Shown here: positions 27,050 to 39,350 of the stretch, in pieces | Position numbering within the stretch: the first letter of the stretch is position 1 | How the letters are laid out: each line of letters opens with the position of its first letter | Source: Ophelia neglecta | Taxonomy: Eukaryota | DNA: 64,000 bases | Reading direction: 5' to 3' | Assembly (NCBI GenBank): GCA_965285935.1 | Contig: OZ260666.1 | Span: 41,540,001 to 41,604,000, forward strand | Position numbers and translations under genes: made by a program | Notes under the pieces: model-generated | Told to the model about the DNA's origin: nothing | The model's database searches: none | What the model saw: the letters and a program-made list of their open reading frames with translations, nothing else

Positions 27050-28100
27050 TTTGTATTTTATTAGTTAAGTTGTCCAATAGGCCAGTTGTGTTACCATTAT
27101 ACCCTGTAGATGATGAGTAGGACTGCTCTATTCCAGCGCCTAAATAGTGCATTGATTACATAACCAGAGGCAGAGCCCAAACCTCAAAAAGGTCAACAGG
27201 TGAGATATGGATATAAAAATATCTATAATTATCGACAATCAAGATTAAACAGTTTGAATGTGTTTCAACTAGTTTATATAAAATAACAACATATATTTTA
27301 TTTGAATAACTCTTTCTAAACACTCAATATTGATACACAAATTTTAGATGTAAAATTGCATTTGTTAGTGAACAAACAATATGCAAGTTTATAGGCATTG
27401 AACCATTCAAGGAGTTTGTTAGTTCAAGTTCATTTTGTCTTTCAAGGCATCCAAGTTTATACCTTTAACATGAACATGATGATCGTATCGTAGATGTATA
27501 AGAGAAAATCAAGGGCCCCAAAATCGATCCCTGGTGTACATCACAATTAATGTGTCTACTCTCTGAAATAGAAGCAAGAAAGGAAACAACCTGAGACAGA
27601 TATGTTAAATAATTGCTTATTTAATCAGTAGAAAATTCCCATTCACATAATATAGTTTCAAGTAAAATAGAATGGTGAACAATCAAAAAGCATTCCTAGA
27701 ACAATGCTGCCATTTTAGAGAGCATTTGCTATTTTCTTAAGAAGTATTGTATTTTCGGATAATCGAATTGTTTTGATTTAAAGTTTCATTGGCATAAACG
27801 AATTCTAAAGTATATTAATTTCTTCAAAATATTTGGAGAAAATGGGGGCAACGGCCGGTTAATCTTCACCAGAATGTAATTGCCATTTTTGTATAACTTA
27901 AGGCTTAATACATACACTTTTCTCTTCATTATTGCAAAGATTGATCGAAGCTCTACTTAAAAGGAAAAAAGATTAAGGTTTTTACAAGTGCCTTTATATC
28001 TTACAAACTTTTAATGTCTTATCTGAACGCTTTGCTGAAAGTGGCATTTGCTACAGATATTTCGTTAACAATGGAAACATCTTAGCATCATTTGGTCTCA
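27050..28100 (-). mobile_element. Degenerate CR1/L2-group LINE reverse transcriptase fragment
   Basis: Minus-strand translation with stops and frameshifts shows ordered RT motifs: NRP..P.FS..(L)KKLIYFRI (~27800-27870), HHSILLE...NYLTYLSQVVS (~27580-27680), CDVHQGSILGPLIF (~27505-27545, cf. GVPQGSILGPLLF), LLEWFNAYKL (~27385-27415), YPYLT...GSA (~27170-27215). Confidence 0.8.
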
Positions 28101-31100
28101 AACTGTGTCCATTTTTTTTGAGAAGCCATGCGTTCTTAGTTCCGCGAAATTTCATTGATGAACCTGGTCCTCGTCACCCTCGCACAGATAACTTGATCGG
28201 TTCCCGGCGCCAGTACTTTAGACATTAGATACCCACTGACTTCAATCTTAAAGAGGCGACTGTGAATGTATGAACTAGCATACTTTGAAGTACAAACACG
28301 CTAGCCGTACATCAAACGTCGACTCTGTGACAAATACCGCCCACGTATAATCAAAATCAATATACAAACGCCGATGAAAGTTTCATAAGATACGAAGATC
28401 GGACCGTAAACATGGCAAAGCTCAGAAATTAGTTTATTAATCACAATTTGATTTACAATCACCACCAACCCCGGGTTTAAGATTACAATAATATAGTAAG
28501 AAATCAAGAGGCAATGAATAAACTTAACTGAAGATAGAAACTGATTTAATCGCCTTCGCACTTGGTCCACTCTCATTTCGTTCTATCATTTTTAGCCGGA
28601 GACCGGCGATAACCGGTTGAAGAAGATTTCTCGGCTAAGCCAGAATTGGGCAGGTTTAAAACTTGTATTACGGTAACCTCTGGGCATGAACCTATGCGTC
28701 GAACCCTCGAAAGCAACGTATGTTAGCGATCGAATCTAATCGGAAAGTATAAAAGAACGATACATCTAAATTAGTGTCAATTTCCAGAATTTCGAGCGAG
28801 GAATATGCCTAGTGTGGATACAAAGGCAGAAGGTTCTAAAAGGTGCTGCTGACGTCCATTCAATTGCTAGCGGCAACAGAGAAAACCAAGCAATCTAACT
28901 AATGGCTTTTCTTTGATCGCTGCACGATTGTTTATAATCACAAACAAAGATGAATTGCTTACGCGATTGGTTTTATAAACAGGACAATATCCGGTTTGTA
29001 TAATAAAAATAATTATAAAGAAATAAGTATCCGATATGACCAATGAAATAGTGGGTTGAAGTTTGGCACGGTGCTGTTATTTTTATCTGGTTTCCGGTAA
29101 AGCTTAGGCGAAATCTGCTATTAACGAAGCCCAACACGAATACGAATCTCGACTCTTTCATGAATATTGCATTTGATCTATGAAGCGTCAAAGTGAATTA
29201 GATTAATTGGGTTATACGGCTTCAATTTGTGACAGATTAGAAAGTCCCATCAGCAAATGTAGCTACAACAACTTACGTAAAGTAATGAGAGCTTTGTACT
29301 CTCCAGCTTGGTGAGTTTTCCAAGGTCTCAGGCCAGCATTGCGCTGCCTGTGTTCTGTTTAACCATGTTGGGAACATAAAAGATGAAATTTGGCATTTTG
29401 ATAGTGCCACTGTCTTTATTAAGATGCTTATAAATATCATCATGCCTTTTTAATTTATCTTACTAATTTACATTTTAAACTATCATTGGAAATTGTATTT
29501 AAAATGTTTTTGATGAATTTATCAACTATTCTTTCATTTTACTCTAAATGCATAATTATTTTTATCTAATTGATAAAAAGTATTTAAGTTTTGAAAATAA
29601 GCACGTTGTGTAATGAAATGTCAAGCAGTAATTTCTTAGAAAAGGAAGTGAGAAACGAAGTGACAAGATAGTCACGCCAACAATGCCATTTCGAAAATAA
29701 TTACGATGGACGCTATTTAATTTGAATCGACTGTGACACGCTTTTTTAACCCTACAACGAACTGGCATCCATCGGTTTTGTCACTTAGTTTGTTTGCACC
29801 AGTGAGACTCGCAACACATCGATCTTAGTTTCTCTGAAAATTACTAGGTTATCTTTTGTCACAGAAAATACCTCGAACTCTGAACGGTTATTGGTGATTT
29901 ATGAATGATTAAACAGAATGTGCTTAAAAGATTAGCTTTGCCTGGCGGATATTCACTCCCGTATTTTTAGTATTTTATTTTTATTTTATTATGACAAACA
30001 TTATTTGAAATTATCATACTCTCATGTAGGGAGCGGCGCCCGACTACCTCTTCATGTGATGATTTATAAATAATCCACATTCTATTTAAGCAAAAGGATA
30101 CGCTAACAGGGAAATACGCCTGACTGTATGCTTTTAATGCAGACAATAATTGTTGACGAGTAAACTTTACGTGTTAATACACACTTGAATTTCATTGACA
30201 CAAACTTTCAACAGATTTGAGGCAGTTTTGCGCATGCGCAACCCATTATCCCGGAAGACCATTTTATTGCATGAAGAATGTTTAGATATATGATCTACCC
30301 ACGACCAAACATGCATACGATTCAGACACGTGTTCGCAAAATAAGCATCAGTTATGATATATATTTGTTCATTAACTTAAATTATTGTAGGATGGTAACA
30401 TTTTTCTAAGAGTCTACCCCCAAATAAAAAGGCAGCGATGAACGGTGACCTTTGTGGGGGAAAGCGGAAGTAGTTACCTGGTAGACAAAGCGAGTTTTTT
30501 TAATCAAGAACATTCCATACACATAAGAGAAGAATGTACTGTTGTGGTATAAACCTGTAACAATTGGCAGGCCAAAACTACCCATGTCCCATGCGAGTGC
30601 CTTAATTATTCCTGGCTGTTTATAATTCATTTGATAGCCATTAGTTCGCGAGGCTGTTCACGAAGACACATGTTGACATACTGGGGGCTAGGTAATAAAC
30701 CAACACGTCTTGGTCAATGCTGTCTATTTTAGGTCCACGACACTGACATTTCACCTTGGTAATACTACCTGAGACGCAGTAATCTAGAGTAGCCTAGTTG
30801 GTTGGCTGTGAAGGTGGATTGTGCTAATATTGTATTTGACATCTGTACTCTGGCAAGTGGATCATAGGAAGTTTGGGGACGCCTGCCTTCATCACAGAAT
30901 GCAAAGTAGTCGTGAGAGTTACCAAGTTCACGAGGTGAAGGCTGTGTCTGTTTCTAAGAGCCAGCAAATGAACAATGTCAAGGATACTTAAATCTACTGT
31001 AATTACTTTCTGTCATTTCCAGTTTAATTCGAAATTAGTTTTCTATGAAAGAACATAAGTAGCGAGCCCAGCTGAGTGGTATTGCGTGCCACTTCACACC

Positions 31101-34100
31101 CTTTCAACATTGAACGCTTATGATCAGAGTAGATGATTTGGAAAGAAATACAGATTAAGTGATGCACACGGCCTCATTGGTTTTCAGCCAATCAGAAGCC
31201 TGCTTTAAGGCTTAAGTAGCTTAAGTAGCTGACTGGGCTAAAGTTATATCCTCCCTTTTTTCAAGATCCTGCTGGGTTGGTACACATAGTGTATGTCCAT
31301 TTTGTACCAAGGTGGTCATGGGGATCTTGGATTTTACTCCAGTGGTCTCAATACGCAGACACATTTTCATGTGACAAACCATTCCGTAGCTGCTGTCACG
31401 GGAAATTAGTTTCGCTTGAGTCTGGGCGTGTGGACGAGAAGTGATGGGTTCATGACAGCCCAGGTTGCGTCTTCGGCGTCGTAGAAGAAATGTGTAGGCT
31501 CGTCTTGTAAACTGCGTTGAGAATTTCCTGAACTCTGTCAATAATTATGCAAATCAGCAACTTTTTATGTTAATTTTTTTTTCTTTTATCGACTCATTGA
31601 AATAAGCAATAGGATTTGAGTTGTTGAATTTTCATGATGCGCATTATAGACGAAGCATAGGTTTAATTTATTTGAAAGGATACACTTGAGTGGATTTGGC
31701 AATATTATTATGATGATCCTCGTTCGTAAGGTTAAGCAGTTAGTACAGCAAATTTGTTCGTCCCCGATTCAAATCCTAAAATGGCCCCTATTATCATTGC
31801 TGTTTTTTATATGTCATTGACATAATTCTGTGGACCTCTTTCTGGTCTTTGGATGTTGCACCATTATTTTGTTGAATCAAAAAAAATTAGGCCTAAATGT
31901 CTTTTCATTTCTTTTTTTTCATTCATTATATTGCTACATGACGTGCGGCCCTTGTACAAATGCAAAACTTGTCCTCTGATCCTAAAGGCCGGGCCCTCTC
32001 AAGGGAACGCCGCTGGGTTTATGTTCATAACGGGAGGGCCCTTTTACACGGAAATGCCCAGAACTTCGCATACAAATCATACAGATGGAATTTTCTCTTT
32101 AATGAATATGTCCAACACTGGGTCTTGACATTTTGGAGCCTATGATTAAAGTGGTGTTGTTTTGGGGTCGATTTTCCACTTCATATCTCGCTATGCCTGT
32201 TGTATTATTCCTAGATATTCTTAGATTTTACTTCGCACTTTAAATAGTTTTACAAGCACAGAAGTAACTTCAAATAGTATTAATTCAACCATTATACACA
32301 TAATCATATGGTATAAACCTTTAGAAGTACCTCATCTACATACATAACATTGTCAATATCAATTTATACCACTATCAACAGGGGGCCGGAGGGGGGTAGG
32401 GCGCATATTGTTAATGCCCTCATTGATTACACGATTACCCAGGAAAGCCCAGGGCTAGGCAATTTATGCGAAAAGCTTATATATAGTTTGAACGAAAACT
32501 GGAGTTTTCATCAATCTGGGTTCAGCCTATTCAAGTTTCATTTGGCTCCCAACGCGTGAGTGATTCTAGATGACAAGGCGTTCAGGTTTTGATATCACAA
32601 TTCCGTGCCGGCTTCAAATCATTTATGAATAATAGATAAGAACGCACCCACGCCAGTTGCATCGCCAAGAAATTTCATTCGGCGGTAATTGGTTCACTGT
32701 CATGGCTAACTTGATTTGCCTCGGTTTGATTTGAGGCAAATAGCGATGAGAACATTGGATTTTGACAGAAACTCCCGAATGAACCACGGCTATTCGGAGA
32801 AAAGCCTGCCTAGAAATGAAGATAAATGGAGCTAGCAACTATTTGAGCTGTAGGTTTCCTCTAGCCCAATCGCTCTCAGCAAGAATATAACCTTCCGCGC
32901 CCTGCACGTCTGAAAGTAGTCCGTTCATCCCGTCTGACACGCTCGCGATTGTCGTCTGATGATGGTCCGGCTTGTTTCTGATAACCTTCGATCATCACAA
33001 GATTGCCTGTCATCACTGGCGCGTTTTCAATATATCATCCCGCCATATACAATACAGACCACTCCGTGCCTTGGGAGTGATTGGACTTAGCTAATAATTC
33101 TTTTGTCTAGAAGTTGATAGATTTCCAACACTGCTTACGAACCTTGAACTCAGACATGTTAAGGCCCGAAAGACATTTTCGTCTTTATTCAGATAATTAT
33201 TGGACATTCATTTCTAAATTGGTACTTCTGTAAAACATTTTAAATATTGTTCCGAATTGTAGTATTTTTATAGGCCTAGTTAATCTGCTCTCTTTCCAAT
33301 AGTATTCATCTCAGTGGATTTACAGTCTATCCCCTCAGATGAAACTGGGATAATTGCCTTTCTAAGAGCACTTCCCGGAACAATTACCAAAGACGAAATC
33401 TGCCACAAGTAATATATCAGCACTGCATGCCGACGGGGAAATATGTCCTCCGTGGCTCGTGTCAGAGGGGACGATTACACCAAGAGCCCTAATGATCGGC
33501 CTATATTCCCAATTAGTGCTCAAACAAGATCTTTACATCAAGTGATCCTCTCGTACAATAGCGTGGAAAAGATGACACCGGTGTACAATAAACAGCAAGC
33601 ATCTAATGATAATGATAATTTGAAACCAAAATCAAATTTTCTATTTATAAGACTTCTGTCTTGCGTAATAATCCACCTAGCGGTGAATCGTATGCTATAA
33701 CAATACTACTTTCTAAGTGCGAGTAAGCCTTGAGCTATTGTGGCTCTTCGAGGGTGCTTGCTAAACTGTGCTGCCTTGTAGTGTGGCTCTGTGTTGATCG
33801 GAATAGGTTCTGATATAATTTGTTTGGGAGCAGGCGGTTAACCTCTTGTTCTCTGACCACATTCAGCTACTAACTGGTATACGGACAGGGTAATACTGAC
33901 AGGAAACTTAGATCATATTTAGAAAAGGAAATCATGAACACGCTGTTGTGTAAAAAAAAACCCTTGAATCGTCACTAATTGAGCTAAATCAACGTAAACT
34001 TTGACCCAGGGGCACGCGGTAGTTGATTTGTAAATTTGAGGTGCATTTATGTAGGGCATAATGTTCTATATATTTATAAACCCAACTAAAGACTTGATGG

Positions 34101-35050
34101 GAGACGCTTTATAACCTTCCTCGTAAAAGATACAGGTATTTACCTGCCGTATATTACACGGGTCCCCGCTAGTGTGGTAAAATAATCTAACACACTGTTA
34201 ACGTATGTCATTCTAAATTTTGTAAGGACCATTTATGAAGTTTTTTATTATAAAAAAGCTGGTTTTTGCCTTTCGGTTTGCACGACCGATGTAAACATGG
34301 CTTGCAAACTGACAATAATCCAATGTTGTAGATCTAAAAAAAGCTTGCGCGAGAAAAATCACTGTTCATTTAGTTCTAGAAAGAGAAATCTTTTTATCCC
34401 CGTATTGAATGATTTATTGATTTCTTTATTCAGAAAATAGAACAAATACGATAATAATGGAATAGCACATTTGAAAATGAACATAGCACCAAAATCTATA
34501 TACTATTGGCTGAATGGGGTACATAATTAGCAATTATATATTTCCATTATGGCCTCTCAAATAATTCTAGAATTTGAATGCACCATGATGAAATACCAGT
34601 ACAGAGAGCTATAACATTGTTATAATCAATTTAGCAGCTTTCAGCAAATTAAGGCTTGCGAAAAAATTAGGCCCGCTTTGAATGTAAATCTGTTTGATAA
34701 TTATAGCACGTTTTATAGATACAGGCATTTATATCTCAACGACGGATGTGTGTCGTTTGGGGCAGCGTTGATACCGTCCTTTTTAGTCCTGGGGACCATT
34801 ATGACCTCTCCTTTATGTCATTTATGATTGTTGGAAGCGGCCCGGAGAATGACAATATGTCAGCGCTTCATTTGTTATGTATGAGAGGAACGAAATTTCG
34901 TGATAGGCTTATTAGTGCCTTATTTGTCTTTTCTTATCGTGGCTATAGTTTAATTAAGTGTTCAATTACCTTCTTGATGAGGAAGATATTTCAGCTGATC
35001 ACGGGCCGGCATTTAGACGAGCTGAGAAACTCGGGAAGACACCAGCTAGC

Positions 35051-35129
35051 CTAAATCTGCCTGTACTTTTTCTTAAGTCTAAATCTGCATGTCCTTTTTC
35101 TTCAGTCTAAATCTGCCTCTACCTTTTTT
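35051..35129 (+). repeat. 28-bp tandem repeat, about 2.8 copies
   Basis: ctaaatctgc units start at 35051, 35079 and 35107. Confidence 0.85.
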
Positions 35130-37201
35130 CCATTGTCCGCAAGAACATGGACCCTATTATAATTGCCTGTTACAGAGAGGAACCGTCGACTTTAAAGTCA
35201 TACACTAATAAAAGCTTAGCGAAATGCAACAATTCTTGAACACACATCCACCACACCCCCCTCACACACACACATATATATGTGTGTGATATTGTTACCC
35301 ACTGGGAGTTGTTTTTACCAATTTATTCAATGAATAATGCCAATTGAAAAAAAGTAACCCGTTTAACGATTGAGAAGTATTGATTACCTAACTAAATTAA
35401 AGAAAGATATCTACAAACTCCAGCACTTTGAGCAAATTTAATAAAATTCCCTTTTCAAATAGATCTTTAGTAAAAGCCCTAACTTTACTTGTTTTGCTCT
35501 CGGGTCACTGGCTCCTGGGACAACTACAATCAATATAATAACCTTTTAAGAGATTGGCTAAGATATAAAATAAGTTGCAACGAATGACTCTCTTGTATAG
35601 TAGCCATATTGAGATCAAGGTTTAAAAAGTAATCACTAAGTGTAGCGTTGTTACTTTTTTAGCAGACTATAAACCCTAGGCATCAGCTATGGTATCAATA
35701 TAGGTGGGTTGAAACCAGGCCCAATACACCGGCGTAGATTGAGGTGCAGCGCAAGGTACATAGTGGTCGGGCCCACTTCTCCTTCCCATACGTTGCAGGA
35801 CAGAGAACCACTAGGTATCTTGGGATGAGCGTCGCTCCAAATGGGCTTCCTGAAATCCCAAACTCCCACCCAACCCCCACCCCCAACCCCCGCTGCCCCT
35901 TTGTGGTCAGTTACCGCCCACGAAATCTACCACGAAATCAGATGGCCTAAAAAGCCCACAGCATTACCCAAAATGGTCGACTCGCCGTTGCTGGCAATAG
36001 TTTTCGCTCGAAGAATGGAATTTTCATCCAAAGACAAGAAGTCTTTTTCATAGTTTTTTTAATATTTAAACAGAGGTTCCCTATCACCTGATTATCCGAA
36101 TGTAACATAAAACTCGAATACACCTAACCGTTTAGTAGTAAACGATGTCCAAATTGCTGGAAGAAGCCCAATATCAGAATACAAATGTTATGATTTGGTC
36201 CCTTTTTTTAGGCAAACCAGTGCTTGACCGGTCAGCGTGGCTACGTGTCCCATCCCTACCCCTGCCCTCTATAGCAGAACCCCCTCCTGTTCAAAGGCAT
36301 GGCAGCTCCGGGGTCCAACACCCAGCGGGGCAACCTAATCTATCTAAGTGAAGTACTAAAAAAACACTTTCAGTGATGGTTAATTTAAAAAATATCCCTC
36401 TAGATCTACTCCCAAAATAATCAACTTCCACTTTTAATCTATCAAAAGTATATGACTTTGTTGGCGATTGGGGGTTGGTGGCGCCCTAACAAGATGTTCG
36501 ATACATTATGGTGATTGCCGCATGTCCAGAATGACCCAGAAGGGGAGGGTTTTTGTAAACTTGGGCATACACAATTCATATTACATCCTTGACGGTCACG
36601 ATAGAAGCGGCTGTTGATTGAGGTGAACATGCCCCAACACGAGTCGCGGTTTAGGAGTCGAGACTTCGAGTTGATTGCAATGCAAATCTCTTATTTTGGT
36701 TGGCAAAGCACATGATATGGCTTACAGAGACAGTTAATTATTTGGCAGGCCAATGAATCACCTTCATTCTACCAAAGGTCCCATATAATACAGATAGTAA
36801 TGACTTCATTTTAGGGTCGCAGACATTTGGAGTGAAGAAGCTTTATTAGAATAGATTAGTTTCTCGTTACTTTCTTTTAATAAATGTCAGACTAAATGCA
36901 TTACATGATAATTATTCCCAAATTAAATACTAACAAAATCAAAGCTGTTGTACCTGTGCTGATTACTCTCAAAGTACTTTAGTTTTCATATGCATTGTCT
37001 GATATAGAAATGTTCGTTCAACTACATATATAATTGCCTTAGCTTCAATAAAATTAAGCCTTTTTAAAGTTAGAAAAATAAAAATAAACTACACCTTCTT
37101 TGATTCGCATAAATATAATCATTTCCTTTGTAATAATGCTACGTAATATTAAGCTATGTTAGATAAACTTATATCGTTAAAATGGAACCATCTTTTTTCA
37201 G

Positions 37202-37529
37202 ACTTGTTGGTAAAGGCACAGACGAGAAATCCCTGGTGAGTTACGATGAGCTGGACGAGGCCTCGGAGTTTGCCGATGACAGCACACGGCCACCGAAGAA
37301 TGCAGTGGACCACTGCTGCATGCGGACAGAGTATCTCTGTACGACTATCAGCCCCTGCTGCAGCTTCAGCACCAGGTTCACCATCGCCCTGTGGAGCAGT
37401 ATGGGATTTATCATTTCATTCGGCATCCGGTGTAACATGGGCGTTGCCATTCTGCAGATGACTGACCAGAAGGCTACCAGTAACTCGAGCACCAACGGAA
37501 ACGTCACAAACATCACACATGGATTCACG
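37202..37529 (+). CDS. VGLUT: VGLUT coding exon 2 (328 nt): cytosolic N-terminus, TM1, start of luminal loop
   Basis: Acceptor tcttttttcag ends at 37201; donor ACG|GTGAGT at 37530. Translates (R)LVGKGTDEKSLVSYDELDE...RFTIALWSSMGFIISFGIRCNMGVAILQMTDQKATSNSSTNGNVTNITHGFT. Starts phase 2, ends phase 0. The 3' end is the first of many tandem donors and the only one upstream of the TAA at 37548. Confidence 0.9.
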
Positions 37530-38126
37530 GTGAGTCACCCAGTAACATAATCAAATATCACACATGGATTCAGGGTGAGTCACCCAGTAACATAATCAAA
37601 TATCACACATGGATTCAAGGTGAGTCACCCAGTAACATAATCAAACATCACACATGGATTCAGGGTGAGTCACCCAGTAACATAATCAAATATCACACAT
37701 GGATTCACGGTGAGTCAGCCAGTAACATGATCAAATATCTCACATGGATTCACGGTGAGTCAACCTGTAACATAATCAAATATCTGACATGGATTCAGGG
37801 TGAATCACCCAGTAACATAATCAAATATCACACATTGATTCAGGGTGAGTCAGCCAGTAACATGATCAAATATCACACATGGATTCAGGATGAGTCACCC
37901 TGTAACATAATCAAATATCTCACATGGATTCACGGTGAGTCACCCAGTAACATAATCAAATATCTGACATGGATTCAGGGTGAGTCACCCAGTAACATAA
38001 TCAAATATCACACATGGACTCAGAGTGAATCACCCAGTAACATGATCAAATATCACACATTGATTCACGGTGAGTCACCCTGTAACATAATCAAGTATCT
38101 CACATGGATTCAGGGTGCGTCACTCA
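37507..38126 (+). repeat. 45-bp minisatellite (about 13.7 units) spanning the VGLUT exon 2/intron 2 junction
   Basis: Consensus GTGAGTCACCCAGTAACATAATCAAATATCACACATGGATTCA(G/C)G. Donor-position registers fall at 37530+45n (n=0..13) with no indels. Confidence 0.98.
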
Positions 38127-38399
38127 GGATTATAACCTGATGTACGAGCTGTGATCCGTCAGAGGGCAGGTTTACTCTACCTGAGTGTTAGTCCTCTTTC
38201 TGATCCAGTTTCCCTTTCTCTTAGGCTCTTTGTTGACCTTGCCCTGACCTCCTTTAGACCTGCCTTATATTATGAAAAAATAACCTTATTTGGCTACACC
38301 GTTCGAAGTTTGTCCGCGTGCGGTGGCGCAAACTTCGATCTTTTATTGATAATAAAGATAATCATGTAACCCCATGGAAATCGCTTGGTGTTATTGGGG

Positions 38400-39350
38400 A
38401 CTTTGACAGAAGTTTTGACCACCGCATGTATTCATAAATCCACCCATCAACTATATAGAAAATGACCTGTGCGTCGAAGCTTCGTGTCAGCTGGTTCCGT
38501 AGCCCATAGACTAGCGTGTCTCTACTGATCAGCATAACAGTTGGTGACCAACTTTCAAGCCCTGACCGAAAGTAATGTAGAGTAAAGAAAACTGGGAGCA
38601 AGATATTAATCACATATCACTAGCCTCTATATCTACATTGTTCTAGGAGAAATTAGTCATGAGTGGGTGATAGTGCCAATATATCTCGCATCTTTACCGT
38701 CTCCATTACACATCTGATTTTTCTGGTGTCTTCCCCTTATCAATGCAATTCTTTAAATAAAACTAATCGACGGTTGGTCTCCCTTCAGACGAATTATTGT
38801 CCAGATAGCTCTCCTTTCTCTTTCTCCTTCATAGGGTCCGTTTCTTTCTATTTCTATTTCCGCCGATTGCCTTCATTAGATACCCTTCCAGGTTCCGCGC
38901 GTCCTGTTCAGTATGCGCGTTCATAACACTGCCCTCAAATGATTCTTAGGTAGAAGAACGTTCCCCCAACTCTCGTTATTTTGATATTGCCATTATTCTT
39001 CAATGGCTCTGTCTTCTTCGTGTCCATTTCTCCGTTCGACCTGGGCTATCCCCATTTCTCTCTCTCCTAAGACCACCTATATCTGCCCCCTTAATATCCA
39101 ATACCCTATTGATCTCATACTTTTGCCCTGCTCACTCAAATTATCTGAATTTTACATAACGCGAGTAGCTCTTTCATAAATCAAATCATGTCCTTGTCAA
39201 AGTAAGCTCCTTTATTATACATTGGTTTTGATGTATATTCATTTTCCCCTCGTAATTGTTTTAAGCTTCTTGTATTGTTATCCTTCCGTTTTCATTTTCT
39301 TTTGACTTATTCGGAAGCCTAGACTCTATCAAGAACAGACACTTGAGAAA
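38400..39350 (-). mobile_element. Highly decayed LINE RT-like remnant(s) in intron 2
   Basis: Scattered minus-strand motifs: VLDIKGAD (cf. FLDIKGAFD), EMGI, RVGG followed by a GSVM-like segment, NCIDKGKTPEK, NILLP...YFRSGL. Many disablements; probably more than one fragment. Confidence 0.35.

Noticed and set aside
37182-37201. ATG at 37182 as the VGLUT start (MEPSFF...)
   Set aside because: It overlaps a canonical polypyrimidine/CAG acceptor in very AT-rich intron-like sequence, so it is more likely intronic. It cannot be fully excluded.
37507-38126. CRISPR-like array
   Set aside because: Units are contiguous with no unique spacers, the context is a eukaryotic intron, and there are no cas genes.
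37727-38140. 137-aa repetitive ORF (IIKYHTWIQGESPSN)n
   Set aside because: A by-product of a 45-bp repeat that lacks stops in one frame. It is not the VGLUT frame and has no independent acceptor or promoter evidence.
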